NCBI RefSeq assembly: GCF_002105155.1
Contig: NW_019028981.1
Span: 124,001 to 188,000 of the forward strand
Source of the DNA: Lobosporangium transversale
Lineage: Eukaryota
DNA: 64,000 bases
Direction of reading: 5' to 3'
The notes below the pieces were generated by a model, which saw only the letters and a list, made by a program, of their open reading frames with translations, had not been told where the DNA came from and did not search any database. Shown here one piece after another: positions 34,532 to 49,477 of the stretch (position 1 is its first letter; each line of letters opens with the position of its first letter). The translations under genes were made by a program, and so were the position numbers.

Positions 34532-35779
34532 ATGACACACCCACTACCAAGCGAAAACGACGATGGAGCTACAGCAGCAGCAGCAGTAGTAGAAACTGAA
34601 ATTGTACCTGGACCTGCAACTGGAACTGGAACTGGAAGTGGAATTGCTCTTTCAGGGGCACGAGCACGGCAGGCAAACTTGCGCGATCCGTTCGATGACG
34701 AGTCCTCTTTCCTTACTGTCGATCATAGTAACCATAACAATTTAGAGGATGAGCAAGAGTCTTTTATCGATCCTACCGCCGATAGCTATCATGCTCCTAA
34801 GAATCCTTTTGCTGATCCTGAGGGCTACATAATGACGACAACGACAACAACAGCGGTGGCCCGTAAGCATAAGGAATTAGCCACTTATGACGATGATGAT
34901 TCATTCGACTCCCAAACCGATGATAATAATGATAGTGATGGCTCTGGTAGTTATGATAGCGACAGTGAAGACGATAGCGATAATGATAATGGCCATGATC
35001 GGATTACAGGAGGATACCACGGGTCAGCAGATGTAGATGATGGACTGGATGATACTCAACATCTATTATTGAATTCAAACAATACACGTCTCGGAGGCAT
35101 GGGTATGGGCATGCGTGTAGGCGAGACCGGAACGGGTACCATGATTGGGCTTGATCTTGAACCACATGGTGACTGTAATCCTTATGGCAGACGTCATAGT
35201 GGCTCTAAGCTCGATTATGAGGATGAGAATAATGACTACGACACCCTGCCACTTTCCACTATGGATGTCGATAGTTATCGCATGAAGGGTGGCAACAAGA
35301 AGAAAAGTAGCAAAAATAGCTCAAAAAGAAAGCAAAGGGTTAAAAGAGAAAAACAACGCGGAGATCAGAAGGCGAATGTTAATGAAGGGCCCGTTCTTGG
35401 ACTCGGTGCCATTCGCACAGAACAGATGGCAGCCATTGCTAAGAAGCAGTTTCGAGTTCAACTTGCCTGGAACGCTTTCTATGTCTTTGCATGGTAAAAA
35501 GAAAAGGTTCCCTCTCATTTCCAATAGGCGACAGTTATTTCTAAATTCAGGATTATTTACCCAATCCGATCTTTTATTTGTATTTAAATAGGTACTCGTG
35601 CTCAACAGCCTTATCATTCTATAATAAGTGGTTGTTCTCGCCCAATTACCACAACTTTCGATTTCCACTGTTCACGACAAGCTTGCATATGGTGGCCCAA
35701 TTCTCTCTTTCGTCTATTACCCTGACATTACTGCCTGCTCTACGACCAAGAGCAGCTCCTTCTGCTAAGGATTTTGGGT

Positions 35780-35810
<31 letters not shown>

Positions 35811-37308
35811 AACTAAACGTGTATCTCAGCTTTAATCTAATCAATATCAAAACCTCAAACTCCTCATTAATGTTAATATTTTAAATTGTAGAACAAAAAT
35901 CGTACCATGTGCTGTTGCATCTGGATTGGATATTGGGCTTAGCAATAGTAGCTTGAAGACCATCACACTCGCTTTCTATAGTAAGTTGATTGATCGCCTT
36001 ACCCTTGATAGACGATTTTGAGGTACTTGTTCTGATATATGGTTTTTTTTATTGCTTCTTTTTCCTCCTTTCTCTTTCTAATATTAGCCATGTGCAAGTC
36101 CTCATCATTGGCTTTCGTGTTGTTGTTTGCATTTCTGTTCAAGCTGGAGCGACCAACTTGGACGCTTGCGGGTGTTATTACAGTTATTTGTGTTGGGCTG
36201 TTCCTGATGGTCATGTCTGAAGTAGATTTTGTGCTTATTGGGTCAGTATCTAATTTTGATTTTTGTAAAGCGTAGCGTTCATCATTGACTTCATGTATGT
36301 TGCTACTATAGCTCTCTAACAATATTCCTTCCTTCTCCTCTAGGTTTATTCAAGTAATGCTGGCATCTGTTCTAGGTGGGCTTCGCTGGTCGTTAACGCA
36401 GATGCTGCTTGAGAGGAGTGACACTAAATCAGGATCGCTTGCCAATCCAATTTCGACAATCTTTTTCTTATCCCCAATTATGGGCGTCTGCCTTTTCATT
36501 GTGGCAGGGATTTTTGAAGGATATGGGGTCATTTTTGGATCAGTGTTCTTCTCAGCTCCTTTAATTGCGCTCGAGACTATGGGTTTACTCTTGTTGGGAG
36601 GGCTGTTCGCATTCATGATGGTTTTGGCGGAGTTTAACTTGATTGCTCGGACCAGTGTCGTTACATTATCTGTGCTGGGTATCGTCAAGGTGAGTAAAAA
36701 ATAGTCTTTTTTTTTTTTTTTTTTTTTTTTTGACCAGTTCAATGATGACATGTGTTGAAAAAAAATGTTTGACGTTTTTTTTTTTTTTTTTTTTTTTTTT
36801 TTGGCTTTTCCAGGAAGTGATGACAATTTTAATTTCAGCGCTCGTATTCCGTGATCAATTGACGCTCGTCAATATCCTCGGCTTGTTCATCACACTAACT
36901 GGCATTGGATTTTATCATTTCATGAAGATGCGGGAGATGAAGGCCAAAGCTCGGCGGCAGGCTAAAGAAATCTCGGACACAGAGCTTGCAAACGCTGCAA
37001 AGAAGAGAGAACGCAAAATAGCAAAGAAATTGCTCCGTGAGCAGAAAAAACGTGGTGTTGTAAATATTGGCGTTGGCGCTGGCCTACTTAATAAGGACAT
37101 TATGGATTTGGGAAAGGATGATGAAGATGATCTTATTATTCAGAGTCGTCCCTCCAAAGAGTTGCCCTGGAATCATGGCCTAATATCTACTCAGAATCCC
37201 AATAGATCGAGCCAAGATAGGTTGATGCATGATGAGGATGCGTTTATTTTGGATGATGGCGAGAATGATGCTAGGAATGGTGGACATGGTATTGGTAATG
37301 GTAAATAG
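34532..37308 (+). CDS. Triose-phosphate/nucleotide-sugar transporter family protein (SLC35C2/YMD8-like) with a long acidic N-terminus; multi-exon
   Basis: WYSCSTALSFYNKWLF, FRFPLFTTSLHMVAQF, GLDIGLSNSSL, MCKSSSLAFVLLFAFLFKLE, GGLRWSLTQMLL and TSVVTLSVLGIVKEV. Confidence 0.88.
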
Positions 37309-37387
37309 TGGATAACAATATTATTATAGTAGTAATAATGAAAGGATATTTTCCCTTCTCCTTTTTATGATGAGTATCCGTAAATGT

Positions 37388-40300
37388 TTAAAGATGGATG
37401 GTCTGGAGCTCATAGAACAGAATATAGCCATTCTGAGCCCAGTCAGCCTCCATTTCCATGTTTTCATCCGAGTCCCTGAGAATCAGCTTCACGCGATTTC
37501 CTGATGGATCTAGATCATCATGTCGAAGCCAATTCGGCTCCTGAAACGATAGTGGGTGGGCAGCGCTACCATATCCAGACCCACCAGTAGCATCTGAGGC
37601 GACTGTACTGTCTTTACCAACCTGATCTGCCACATAGCTACGATAGTGTCCCGAATCCAGACGTGATCCGATATGACACACCACAGACTTGAGTTCCAAC
37701 ATGTACTTGACTTTGGGCTGCCTGCAGTCCATATAGTCTCCTCCAAATGGCTCTTCTGGTGGCGGGCGGGGTGACCATCCTTTCTTCTCATCTCCCAATG
37801 TGGTGCTATTGAAAGATGAATAAGCCTTTGATGATGAAGCAGGGGAGTATTGAGGTGGTGGCGTGATAGGTGTGTTTGGGGAATCTACAGCCTGAAGAAG
37901 TGATATAGAGTATTTACGAACAGGCGGGAGATGAGTATTGATGCTTATGGAGGCGATATCATGACCTGAGGAAGTTGTCCCTACAGATGGCGATTTTGGA
38001 ATTTGATCGCAGTAAGCAGGCTCGACTCGGAGTGTTGGCGATGATGGCGGCGACGATGACGATGACAAGGATGAGACATGAGGCGCTGTCGGTTCTTCCA
38101 GTACTATTGAGTTACTTCCGGTTGCATTTTTAGGTTCGTTATCGTTAACAATATTGTTGCCTCTTGCGTCTGTGTTTGAGCCTGCATCACGCTCGTTATC
38201 CGCACAGGTATCTTGTGGAGGAGGCGAACTAGACGTTGCAGATGGTCCGAATGTCTGACGATTCACAAACCTTGAAAAATCAATTCGTCTGGGGATATCG
38301 ATGGGTGTACCAATCCTACGTGCCCGCATATCATGTCCAAACGAATATCGCTTCAGAATTAGCGGTAGAATCACTACGTCTGCAGGGTATTGCGATTGAC
38401 TGGCGTGAATGATACCTCCTTGCTCGTTAGATGATGAGTAAAATGGTAATAGCTTCAGAACCTGCCAAGCTGATACAGGGACCTCTACCTCTGGCGAAAG
38501 CGGTACTCCTGTCCCTGAGGAGACAAGTCGTCGGATTCCCGTAAGCGTATTATCGTAAAAGTGCTGTGCCAATAGGCTCTCAAGGGATAAAATCTCATAT
38601 ACTGATGAAGCTGCACTACTGATCTCATCCTCATTATTATCGTTGGATGATTTAGATGACAATAGCTTTGACATTGCTGATTCTAGTCTGCGTGTGATAG
38701 GTTGTGACGTATGTGAATTCAACTCTGGTACTGGTATTGATATCTGCAGCATTCGTTCCGTAATCACTTTGTCATCATCAGCAGAAGTCTTGGCGCCATG
38801 TAGCAGTCTCTGTTCCAAGGGTAAATAAGGAAGGTGAAGTTTTTCTGTCAAGAACATGAACAGCTCGCTGGCATCTTCTTGTCGACTACTCCCAGGTGGG
38901 TCGTACGGCCCTGGACAATTCCATCCACAACTGTAGAGATGTTGACGCAACTCCTTGACTACATGGGCCTGGACCAGTCTTCCAGAGCGTAGCTGATTGA
39001 CAAACATACGAAGCCAGGTCTGTAATAGATGCGAGTGAAGTAAAGTCTCTTGTTTATCTCCCTCACGTCGGGGTTCTGGAATAGTATCGGCACTCTCAGT
39101 GCCACTACCACTTGTTTCACTATCACTATCGGTGTCGGAATCAAGGCTAACATTCAAAAGACCTTCAAAGGCGGAGAGACGAGCGAACATAGCAAATAGT
39201 AGGGAGTCTATAGATCATAGAATACGAGATTGTTAAATATCTGTCAACATCGCTAAACCACTAACACAGGGTCAGACGCTCGCTTTTTTTTAGTTAATTT
39301 TCGATCATCAATGTGGTCATTTAATGATCACATAGTAAAGAAACTCTATTTCTCCTTATGCGAATGTTAATTGTGTTTGCACGATCCTTACCGATATAAC
39401 AGCTGGTCATTTGATCATTTACAGCTCCACTGAGTGTTTTCTCCTGTTGTACAGGGACAAGGGTTCCCTGAACAGCCTGGACAAGGTCCTGGCAGTATTG
39501 CAGTGTCTGATCAATGTCCCATTGGTACGAACTTAGCAAATATGCAGCTGTGTCCTCATCTGCACGATGGCCCGCATGTTCAAAATATGATACAACCTGA
39601 AGTAGCAGCACTTGCTTTTCAGGGCTGAGGGATTCAGGTGTTTGACGATCTCTTGGCATCCGTGATAACGAAATATCATCAGCAGCACTGTTGTTTTGTG
39701 TGAAGTGTGTAGAGGCTGATAGGATAGAAGACGATGGGAGTGAAGCCGAACGATACTGGTAACCTACACCAGAATAGCCATCGAGCGAAGACCGAGGAGG
39801 CGCAAGGTTATTGTTATTAACACTGTTGTTGGAGAAACTAGAGTTGTGGATGTTATGGGCGCCTTGCTGTAGGTGTTGAAAAGAGCCGCCGCTTCCGTTG
39901 CTGCTTCCTTGCATGGTCGAATGTTTATGTTTGTGAATATGAAGGTAGGATTTGATGTTTTTGAGCATCTTGATGGGCGACCTGGACCGTTTTAGGGACA
40001 GCTTGGGAACATCTGGCTCACCTAGTGAAGTGATAGCCTTGACTTTATTCTTATCCTTGTCCTTACTCTTGCTCTTACTCTTGCTCTTGTCCTTGCTACG
40101 CCTGATACGGATCGAGGGGTTCCTATGAAAAAGATTGCTCACGGGTATATTATTTCCAGGGCCGTCTCCTGCCGCAACGGTTATTGTTACTGATGATAAT
40201 GAAGTCGTAGGAGTTTTGACGGCGAAATCAAGTGCTGCAGTTGAAGAAATGGTACTAGAAGGTGGAGTAGTAGCAGTGGCGGTGACATGAGTCGTTGCAG

Positions 40301-40460
40301 TAGTAGCAGTAGGATGAGAAGCGGCCGTTGGAGTCAGCATTCCTGCAGGAACTGTAATTATGCGTGCATCATTGACGTTGTCGTCGCTGTTGATACTGCT
40401 TGGTTTTTGTTTAGATGGTCTGGCTAGCAGTGCAGGGACCGGTGGTGAGTTGTCGCTCAT
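37388..40460 (-). CDS. Ubiquitin-specific protease (peptidase C19) family deubiquitinase; intron ~39212-39391
   Basis: Cys box split by the intron (NDQMTSCYI|DSLLFAMF), QEDASELFMFL, and His box VVCHIGSRLDSGHYRSY...WLRHDDL...GYILFYEL. Confidence 0.85.
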
Positions 40461-40557
40461 GGTAAGAAAACTACGGCAACTGAGGTAAGAAAAATGAGAG
40501 GGGGAAAGAGAGGAGAAGAGTAGGTGAGTGCGTATACGTAAAGAAATGGAAGAGCAC

Positions 40558-40662
<105 letters not shown>

Positions 40663-41232
40663 ATGGGGATCGAATGAGAAAGAGTGAAGTGAAATGAATG
40701 TCAGGAACGACACAAAGGAGTTTGAAAAGGTTAGAAGGAGGCTGTTGGGAAAAAAGAAAAAGTTTTGTCCCCATCACTGTGTTGGTTGTCGATTGTGTTT
40801 GTTGCACATTAAATCATTGGACGATGTTGCGTCTCGGCTGATGATTGACATTCAACAGTGCAACTTGGGGTCGTAATGCAGTACATGAACATGTACATGT
40901 ACATTCAGAAGTAATCATTGTGTTGAAACCTTAAATTATGCTTGGTCCACAGCTTCAGAGACCTCATTTTCTCATTTCCTCATTTCCTGTTGTTAGCTCT
41001 TTCGAGCAACTGTGACAGGCAACAACGATATTTTGCTTCGACCTAGTTGGCATCCTTTTTTTTTGCTTCATCGGTCGGAACTATTTATAAAAGGAGTTCA
41101 TTCTTGGGAGAAAATATGTGGACGGCGTACGGTCGGCGATAATGGGTCCACATTAACTTGTACTGCAGGCATGTCTTTTTTCTTTTGTTTTTTGGTGCAT
41201 GTGATAAAGATCTGTTGTTATGGTTTCCGTAT

Positions 41233-41263
<31 letters not shown>

Positions 41264-41423
41264 GGATAATGAACAGAAGGCGCCAGATTTTATTAGAAAA
41301 GCCAGTGTTATTCTTTCATATAGTGCAGTGGACCCAGTGCATAAAATGGGCGAAGCTAAAAAAATAAACCAAGCGAGAATACAAATACAGTTGTTTTATT
41401 GGATCTATTTTTTTTTTTTTTTT

Positions 41424-43056
41424 TTATGACGACATTTTACGTGTAAGATGGATAGAAGTTTCTTGAGCAAGAGAGGTAGGTGAGGCTGGTCTGTTTGAGG
41501 GGATCATCATACTGGCCTCTCTAGCCTTCGGGAAAGCATTATCGAGAATACCAAGTAAGTGCTGCGAAAGCGCTGCTGGTTTAATCAAAACTTCCTCGCA
41601 TAGTCGATTAGAAGCCGGCTTCATCTCGATACCGTCCTGCCCTTCAAGTTGACGCCACAATTGGAAAACAGTTCCTGCGATATAAAGCTAATAGGCATTG
41701 AACGACATTGAGCATCGATGTAGAGAATAACAAAAAAAAATACAGTTAGCTATCACATAAGATGAATATTCTACAACAACAATAACAACAACAACAGCAA
41801 CAAAAAAATGCCTAAAAAGTTCGTTTTTTCCTCACCTTAGGGTGTTGAACGGGTGAAATCTTGATCTGCTTTCTAACTTCTGCAACCGCTTTCAGCGTGG
41901 GTCTCCAATCTTCTTCCGTACCCGTCAAAAAGACTTTGGATAATCCCATATGCGCTGCTGCCTCCACCGCGCCCAGCATCATGGTTTTGACATCCATCAT
42001 ACTGCCATAGCTGAGACGACTCACAATGTCGTCCTCATAGACATAACATCGAATGTGGTCACGATACCGATCTGCCAGATCTTTAGAAACGCTACAAGCG
42101 GGAGCAAATGAATGACACTGAATCCGAAAATGCCCATTCATTAGCGACTGGAACTCGTGCTGATGATCAAGAAGCATCATGGTTAAAATCGAAGCTGTTC
42201 CTCCACCGAGACTGTGACCCACAATGTTGAGCGCTGAGACCTTGTGCTTCGAGATATATGCTACAAGTTGCGGAACCAAATTTTTCATAAACCAATCTGC
42301 TGACGTTTTCATGCCGCCGTGTATCAGTCCTCCTTTCCATTGCTGATATTCACAAGCAAGGTCCGTCAAGGTATCAAACGCGCTCTAGATAAGGAAAAAA
42401 AATTGGTTTTGTGTTTTTAAGCAGATTTAAAAGCTCATAAATCACCATTTACAACTTGCCACGTCCCAATCATTGTCTTAAAACCATACCATCGTGCCAC
42501 GGATAGCAAGGACAATCGAGTTGGTGGCTCGATCGAGCGCTACGTAGTAGCTCGGATGAAATACTTTGGATGCACGGAATTCGAACGCTAATAAGTCCTC
42601 TTTGGGTATGCGAAGAAAATCGATCGCACACTCATGGTCGGATCGCCATCGGACAAAGTCCTTAATAATGCCATTTCCCTTGCCCACAAAATTAATACCT
42701 GCCCATCCCTGGAGATTTCAGGCAAAAAGATAAAATCAGTTGATATGACCTGGTGCACTTGAAGGAAAAAAAAAAAAAGTGAAGTTGGAGATAGATCTGA
42801 GATATTAACATACGTAACAGGCCATAGAGAAGCGCCAAAAATATCCAGCATGCTCCACTTGCTCAAGTGTGGCCAGCCCTGTGTCCATTCTCTCACTCGT
42901 AATATCACGATAAAACCTCTCCAGAACTACAACTGCTGTCAAAATCTGTGCATTCGTCAGCTCAAGCCCTTGACCCTAGCGAAACAACAGTTAGCAGAGT
43001 AAAGGTTAGCTGATATAAGCCCTCAAGTAGATGACGTCCATACGGGCGCATGGTTG

Positions 43057-43088
<32 letters not shown>

Positions 43089-44584
43089 CTATAACTTACA
43101 TAGGCAGATGCCAGACGCATAACTGCTTTGACAACTTTCTTTGTCTCCGCTGCAATTGTCCATGCCCCAACCATATCTAAAAGAGGGTATTGCACCACAC
43201 TGTCATCATCGTCCTCGGTGACTGTCGCAAACCGAAGTTCTGATTGTTGTTTTGCGCTGCTCTCTTTGGTCATTGGATCCTCATACTTTTCAAACCGAGT
43301 ATCTGATGCCTCATCCATCATGGCCTCTGATAGCTGGGCCAAGAAATCAGAATCATCTTCTAGTTGCCTGGAGATGCTAGGAGCTGGTACTATAGGGTCT
43401 GCATGCGCCATATCATCTGCTGATTGGGGTAACCGTTGGTATCGGTAGTTTATCCGAAGTTGAATCGCGCCGATATTGGACGAAAGGGTTTTCTTTCCTG
43501 CAAGATTGGACATTGTGCTGACAGATTTTGTCCTATCCCAAATCTCGTAAAAACTTTACAGGGACACCAAATTTTTATTGGCTTTGACATCATTGTAAAG
43601 TTGTACAAAAAAATTGATCCGCGTCTGTGCAACCTTTACCTTGTGAATGATTCTGGGAGACCTTCCAGGTGTGAAAGCTTGATCTCGGCTCGACCCACAT
43701 GTCTATCACGCAAAAGGATGTTTCTATCATACAGATCAAGCTTAAAGAAATAAGCAAGTAGTCATAAGATTACGCGTGAGTAAGATAAATCACATCTCTA
43801 CTAAAAAGAGGCCATGATTTCACATGCTACAACTCCTTACTTACTTGAAGACTGTCAAAAAGCTGTGTATGAAATGTTACACGGAACTCAAAGCCTTCAT
43901 TCCAATCGCCGCGTTCGCGTTCAGACGTTGACGTTTGATATGTTTGATCTGAGTTGAGAAAAAGAAAAGTGAGCATCGGGTAGATTTTTTTACATTCCAA
44001 GGTTCAAACATGGGTTCGTCTCTTACCACCAAGAGATAAAATGACGTATGGTCGTTGCAAGACTTGATTCAGTTCAATATGTTTGACAATGATCTTCTCA
44101 AAATAAAATAAAAACCATTTGTGTCAAACATCAAGTCTCAGGTTGAGAGTATCATGTGCCCATTGGAACCAAAAAATAACATGATCCTAACCTGAAGTCG
44201 TCTATCGGGTAATGGTCTCCAGAGTCGTTGTTTGATCTCTTGTGATACTCTAGACAGCAATTGGGCCGCTGCACTGTTGTTTGTACTTGTCGAATCGGAG
44301 TTTTCTATAGCGATTGTGCTTTCGGAAGGAGTTGATATCGATGTTGAGATTGAAGTCGTTGTGAGTAGACTGGAACTAGAAGCCGAGTTGGATAAAGTGG
44401 GGCCAATTGAGCTTTCTGCATGCGTTGCCATAGTTATGGCGGTAGAGGGCGTTGTCATACTCTGTCTCCGGAGAGGCTGCTGAGTGATAAGTTCTGGCAA
44501 AGAAGCTGAGCTGTTGATGGAGGTGTTGCTTTTATTGGTGAAGGGATGTGGACGTGTGAAGGGTAAAGTAAACCCATTAGACAT
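41424..44584 (-). CDS. Class-3 lipase (diacylglycerol-lipase-like) with an N-terminal C2-like domain; multi-exon
   Basis: SIVLAIRGT, IHGGM, nucleophile motif VGHSLGGG, CHSFAP and EDDIVSRLSYGS. C2-like exons PYVILSLG...WNEGFEF...LDLYD...HVGRAEI. Start MSNGFTLPF at 44584. Confidence 0.85.
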
Positions 44585-44859
44585 AGTGATGAAATGAGGA
44601 CAAATGTGTAGACACAGAGATGAAAGGATGTGAACGATGAGTTTTTTTTTTCCAGAAGAGCTTAATTGTAGGAAAAGAAAAGACAAGCGGTTGGAGAGAG
44701 GTGTTCACTCTTTTCTATTTTTTTACCCCCATCATGAGGTCATGGAAAACCCCATTCATTAAACAATTGCACTCATACACACTTTGCCCAAAGTGTTATT
44801 CACAAGCACGTGCATTAGGATTAACACCGATTTATTTAAGAATTAAGTAATTTTGGGAT

Positions 44860-47800
44860 TTATGCATTTTGAGCCAAAGCCTGCAGGCCCTGCAGGACTG
44901 TCGATACTCCAGGCACAAACCACCGGGCTTCAGAACTCTTGGATCCGACCGTACAGGTCACCACTCGCTGCTCGCCATCCAATGCTTGACTATTGCAGTA
45001 CTCAAACATGTCCTCGTCCGAGCGATCGTCACCCACACAGAATATGAAGTCAATAGCATCCGTACCGTATTGTTGGCGAAGACCTTCCACAATAGTCTTG
45101 GTTGCCTGTGCTTTACTGACGTCGCGTGGCATCACTTCTAAGCATTTACGGCCCACGACTGCATGAATGGGATAAATTGATCCAATAGCCTCTTCTATAT
45201 GATTCTGGCATTCACGCGCTTGCCATAATCCATAGCTGGGGTTGTCTGCTTGGCGATAGTGCTATTGAGAGATATTCAGAAAACTTTTTAAAAAGCTGTT
45301 TTTTTAGCGATCAAAATTGCAAAAGCAAATTTGTATAACATACCCAAACAATTGGGATTGTCTTTTCTTCAATTTCAGATCCTGGAGTTCGTTCCCTGTA
45401 ATATTCAAACATCTGAAAACAGAAGCCAAACAAATCCAATTAATATATACTCTTCATCAATACGATTCCACCAAATATCTCATAATTGACTCTGATTTAC
45501 CTCCATGACCTTTTTGCGCCATTGTGTGTCGCCCTCTTGAACTTGAGTCTCCCATGTCTTCTTGCCTGCTGGCTTTAAGAAACAGCCGCCTTCAGCGCTA
45601 TAGACAAAGGGCAGATCAGTATCAAGTGGATTTTAGAAACTTTGACAATTTTTTAAGCTGATTTTTTTACGTCTTTTAAAAGTGTATCTTACCAGAGGCC
45701 AATATTGTCAATAGCCCCAAAAGCTTCATCCAAGCTTTCTTGGACTCTGCCACTCATAATATAAACAATATTCTTAGGATCGTTGGTGAGCTGTTGGATG
45801 ATTTTGAACATATCTTCGTGTGACGTCTTCCCCTTGGCCCTCACAGACGAGGCGCGTTCATATGGTAGGAGCGTTCCATCGTAATCAAGTAGTAACCTAG
45901 AAATATATTTAAAAACGCAATCTTCAGTCAGATCCCAAGATCGAGCTGACCAAGGAAAATAAGCAAAAAGGCAAAAGCCTGTAATATAAAAAAGGAAAAT
46001 ATAACCTACAGCCGTCGTTTAGCTGCTCGGAACTCTGGAAGAACGACATCCATACTCAATAATGGAATATGGATTGAGTACCGCCGTTGCACGTCTCCAT
46101 GCACCTTGACCAGCTCGGATACAAAGTCGCTAGCCCAGAACTGGGCAGTGTTAGTGCAAACGTGTTTACTCAGCTCATTCCAGCGGATAACTTTCTCCTC
46201 TTCCTTCATGGTCAAGCCCTCATAAATTGCCTCTGCGACTTCAGTATAGTTCCATGGGTTTACTCTTAAGCAAGCACCTAAACTTCCATAAGTTCCTGCA
46301 AACTAGGATAGTAAAGCACAAATATGTATACACATTAGTATATCGGCAAGTCAGCGCGGGTCATGGCTTTTTATACATATATGCTACACACATTACCTCA
46401 CTAAGTACAAGAGGATTCTTTTGTTCCTCCTGGCAGACAACATACTCATGCGAAGTCAGATTCATTCCATCTCGAAGTGAAGTAATCAAGCACAGATCTG
46501 CAGCCGTCAATAGCCCAAGATACTGACTAAACGTAATGTCTTGACGCAAGAAGACAATAGGTTGATATGATAGGCTGCTGAACTTGGAGTTAATTCTAGT
46601 CACGACATCTGAGACTTGACCTTGAACCTCGTTTTGTTCAGATGTAGAAAGTGCGACTTGAATCAAGACAATCTAATAGGTCCCAAATGTACATTAGATA
46701 AAACTATCATCACCTGTAAGACGAGCAATAGGAGGACGGCGCCTGACATTACCTTTCCTAGCCATTCCGGATGGAGGTTCAGGAACCGTTCAAATGCAAG
46801 CATCTTCTGGCGAACGCCCTTAATGTAATCGAGTTTATCACGAGCCACAATGAGCTTCATACCCTGGTACTTCTCCTTGAGCTCCTTGACCCACTGTGCG
46901 ACTTCCGGGTCTTGACGCTTAATTCTGAGGCTCTTAGTGTCAATACCAATGGGGAAAATACCGACATTAACTGCTGTGCTTTCCAGTTGGATCCCTTTTG
47001 GAGTTGACTCTACAGATAAGAGACGAGAGCATGTCTGAACAAAGTGACGAGCAAATGAATAGGTCTGGAATCCGACCAGATCGGCGCCTAGTAAACCTTG
47101 CAAGACCTCCTTGCGTACTGCATACAATAATATAAAGTGTAAACATGGGTTTGTAAGTTTGTAGTCGATATCTCTAAGACATTTTGTAGATAAAGACATT
47201 ACGATAGCTTGCTTTTACATACCATGCAAACATCTGAAGATTTCTGAGCTTGGAAAAGGAACATGTAAAAAGAAACCGATGGATGCATCTGGCAAACGCT
47301 CGCGGATCATGTTGGGGACAAGCATCAGATGGTAATCATTGACCCAGACTGAAAAAGAAGGCAGATCATCATGGTTAGATAAATAAAGGTAAAAGGTTTA
47401 TCCCATAAATAATGACAGAAAACAACAAGCAAACGTACTCGTGTCACCCTGTCGGTAATTTTCGACTATTGTGTCAGCAAATGCCCTATTGACAGCGACG
47501 TAGTGCTTCCAGGAGCCATCTTCATAGCTCTTGCTTCGAAGGTTATCAGGCAAAACATAGTGGAAGATTGGCCACAGAATCTATTATTCAATGGATAGCA
47601 AGATTGAAGAATCAGTACAGACATGCATCTCCAGGATTGCATTTGGCGGAGAAGAAATTTACAGTGACGCGACAGTGTCATCATGGGGAATGTGAAACAT
47701 CTAGAAAATTGAGACAAGGATCTCTCGCGCATTCGCCCGTCACCTTTGAAAGGGGTGCAGACAAATTCATCTCCTCTACTGTCTCTATTCCATATTCCGT

Positions 47801-48732
47801 TACCGCACATCATCAAGGCCATGTCATACCTGTTTGCAGAATTGATGGTAATGGCCGTCAAAATCTGAGTCATGAACAAAAACAGGGACCGAGCTATGGT
47901 TAAGCGCCAGCTCCGCCTTGATATCCTCTCGGGTGCGATCATTCAGCGTATCAGTAGCCATGCCGAGCGTGCCAATCCAGATCCTCTTTGAGAGCTGTCC
48001 TTGAATCGAATTCACCGCGTTATGGAGGCCAATATTACCGCTATAAGCCTTCTCAACAGTCCATGCAGCTTCTGCAAAGACCTTAGCCGAGTCAATAGAT
48101 GGGCGCCGGTGAGGTTGACTCTTGTGAATACTAATCGAAGGATGGTCTCCAGCCTTGCTTCGAGGCTGATTCAAGGTCGGGCGAGGAGCAGCAGCAGGGA
48201 AGACGCTGACTAGCTTCTCTTTCTCTTTGGTTTCTGCAGGCGGCGCCAAGATGGATGGCGGGGGTACAGACAATTGACCGTGATAAGAGCTTCTTTGAGG
48301 AAGCCCTGGTCTCTCATGGTCCTTCAGTCGTTCAGCCTTGTTGGCGATTGGCCTAGGTATAGTGGTAACAGCCTCGCCTGTCGATGACGTTGTCCTAAAG
48401 TATCTGGGCGGATTGGATGGAGTGGAAGGCGGCAAAATGCCCTTTGGAGCCATGCTCATGTCGTTAGGTGCGCCTCTACTTGTTGGAGCAGATCGCTGAG
48501 TCTCATCAGACATGGCTCCGTTCGAAGTGTCAACAGCCGCCAACGGGGGAATTAAGGTTGCAGGCCTTTGTGTAGTCGAGGAAACACCAGGGCCATCATT
48601 AGAAGATTTGCTGTTGGTCCGAAAGCGTCCATCCTTGTCACGAGTGGGGACTTGAAAGGATATAGTTTCAGGGAGGAAAAAGGTGGCCACCAGCAACCTC
48701 CCGGTTGTCAAAACAGTGCTATCTGCAACCAT
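44860..48732 (-). CDS. TPS2: Trehalose-6-phosphate synthase/phosphatase complex subunit (GT20 + HAD domains), TPS2-like; multi-exon
   Basis: [47 protein letters not shown] and [11 protein letters not shown]. Intact HAD motif [10 protein letters not shown] and C-terminal [12 protein letters not shown]. Confidence 0.85.
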
Positions 48733-49477
48733 GGTTCGCAAGATCAGAGGTAATTTTATGGGCTAGGTAGGCAAGAGCGCACGAGGGTCCCCAAGGAAAG
48801 TAATGAAAGGAGAAGAGTAGGTATGGGTGAAGGTGAATTCGTTGATGAAGAGATGAGAAAGAGGAAGAACATGGAATGAGAAAGAAGACGCTTTGGCCAG
48901 CCTAGGTTACCAAAAATGAGGTCATGCGTGACTGTGAGAAAGTTGCCAGGCACACCCAATTTACTTTTTTTATTTTTCGCACCAGGCCAAGTTGAAACGT
49001 GGTCAGCCATGTGGAGGAAAATCGATCTGGTGTTGCCGCGTTGACCGATTTGACAGTAAGCGTCATGTACCCATGTGGGGCCTCTCTACGTGCAGTGCAT
49101 TCACTTGTATACTACAATATCATGACCGTCAATCATTAACTTGATAGGGATTGTAATTAGAAGCGATATTAATAGTGTCATCAAAATATAAAGTACTGGC
49201 CAACAGCTAACCACAGAATGATACTCATAAATGAATGCACTTTTGAGTGAATGGAGATCAAGACCTTTCTCTGATTGGGTGTGAATGCTCGCCAAAAACG
49301 GAAAGCATATCTCCTAATAGCTCTATCAAACAGACACGACATTTTTGCCACGGATTCTCTGCTCACGGCGTCTTTCTCTAATTCACTTTCATTCCACATC
49401 TATTCATCTCGCAATCATCTTCGACCACCATTCCTTTTGCTTATTGCATCATCTTACAGCCACTCTTTCTCTAAACC

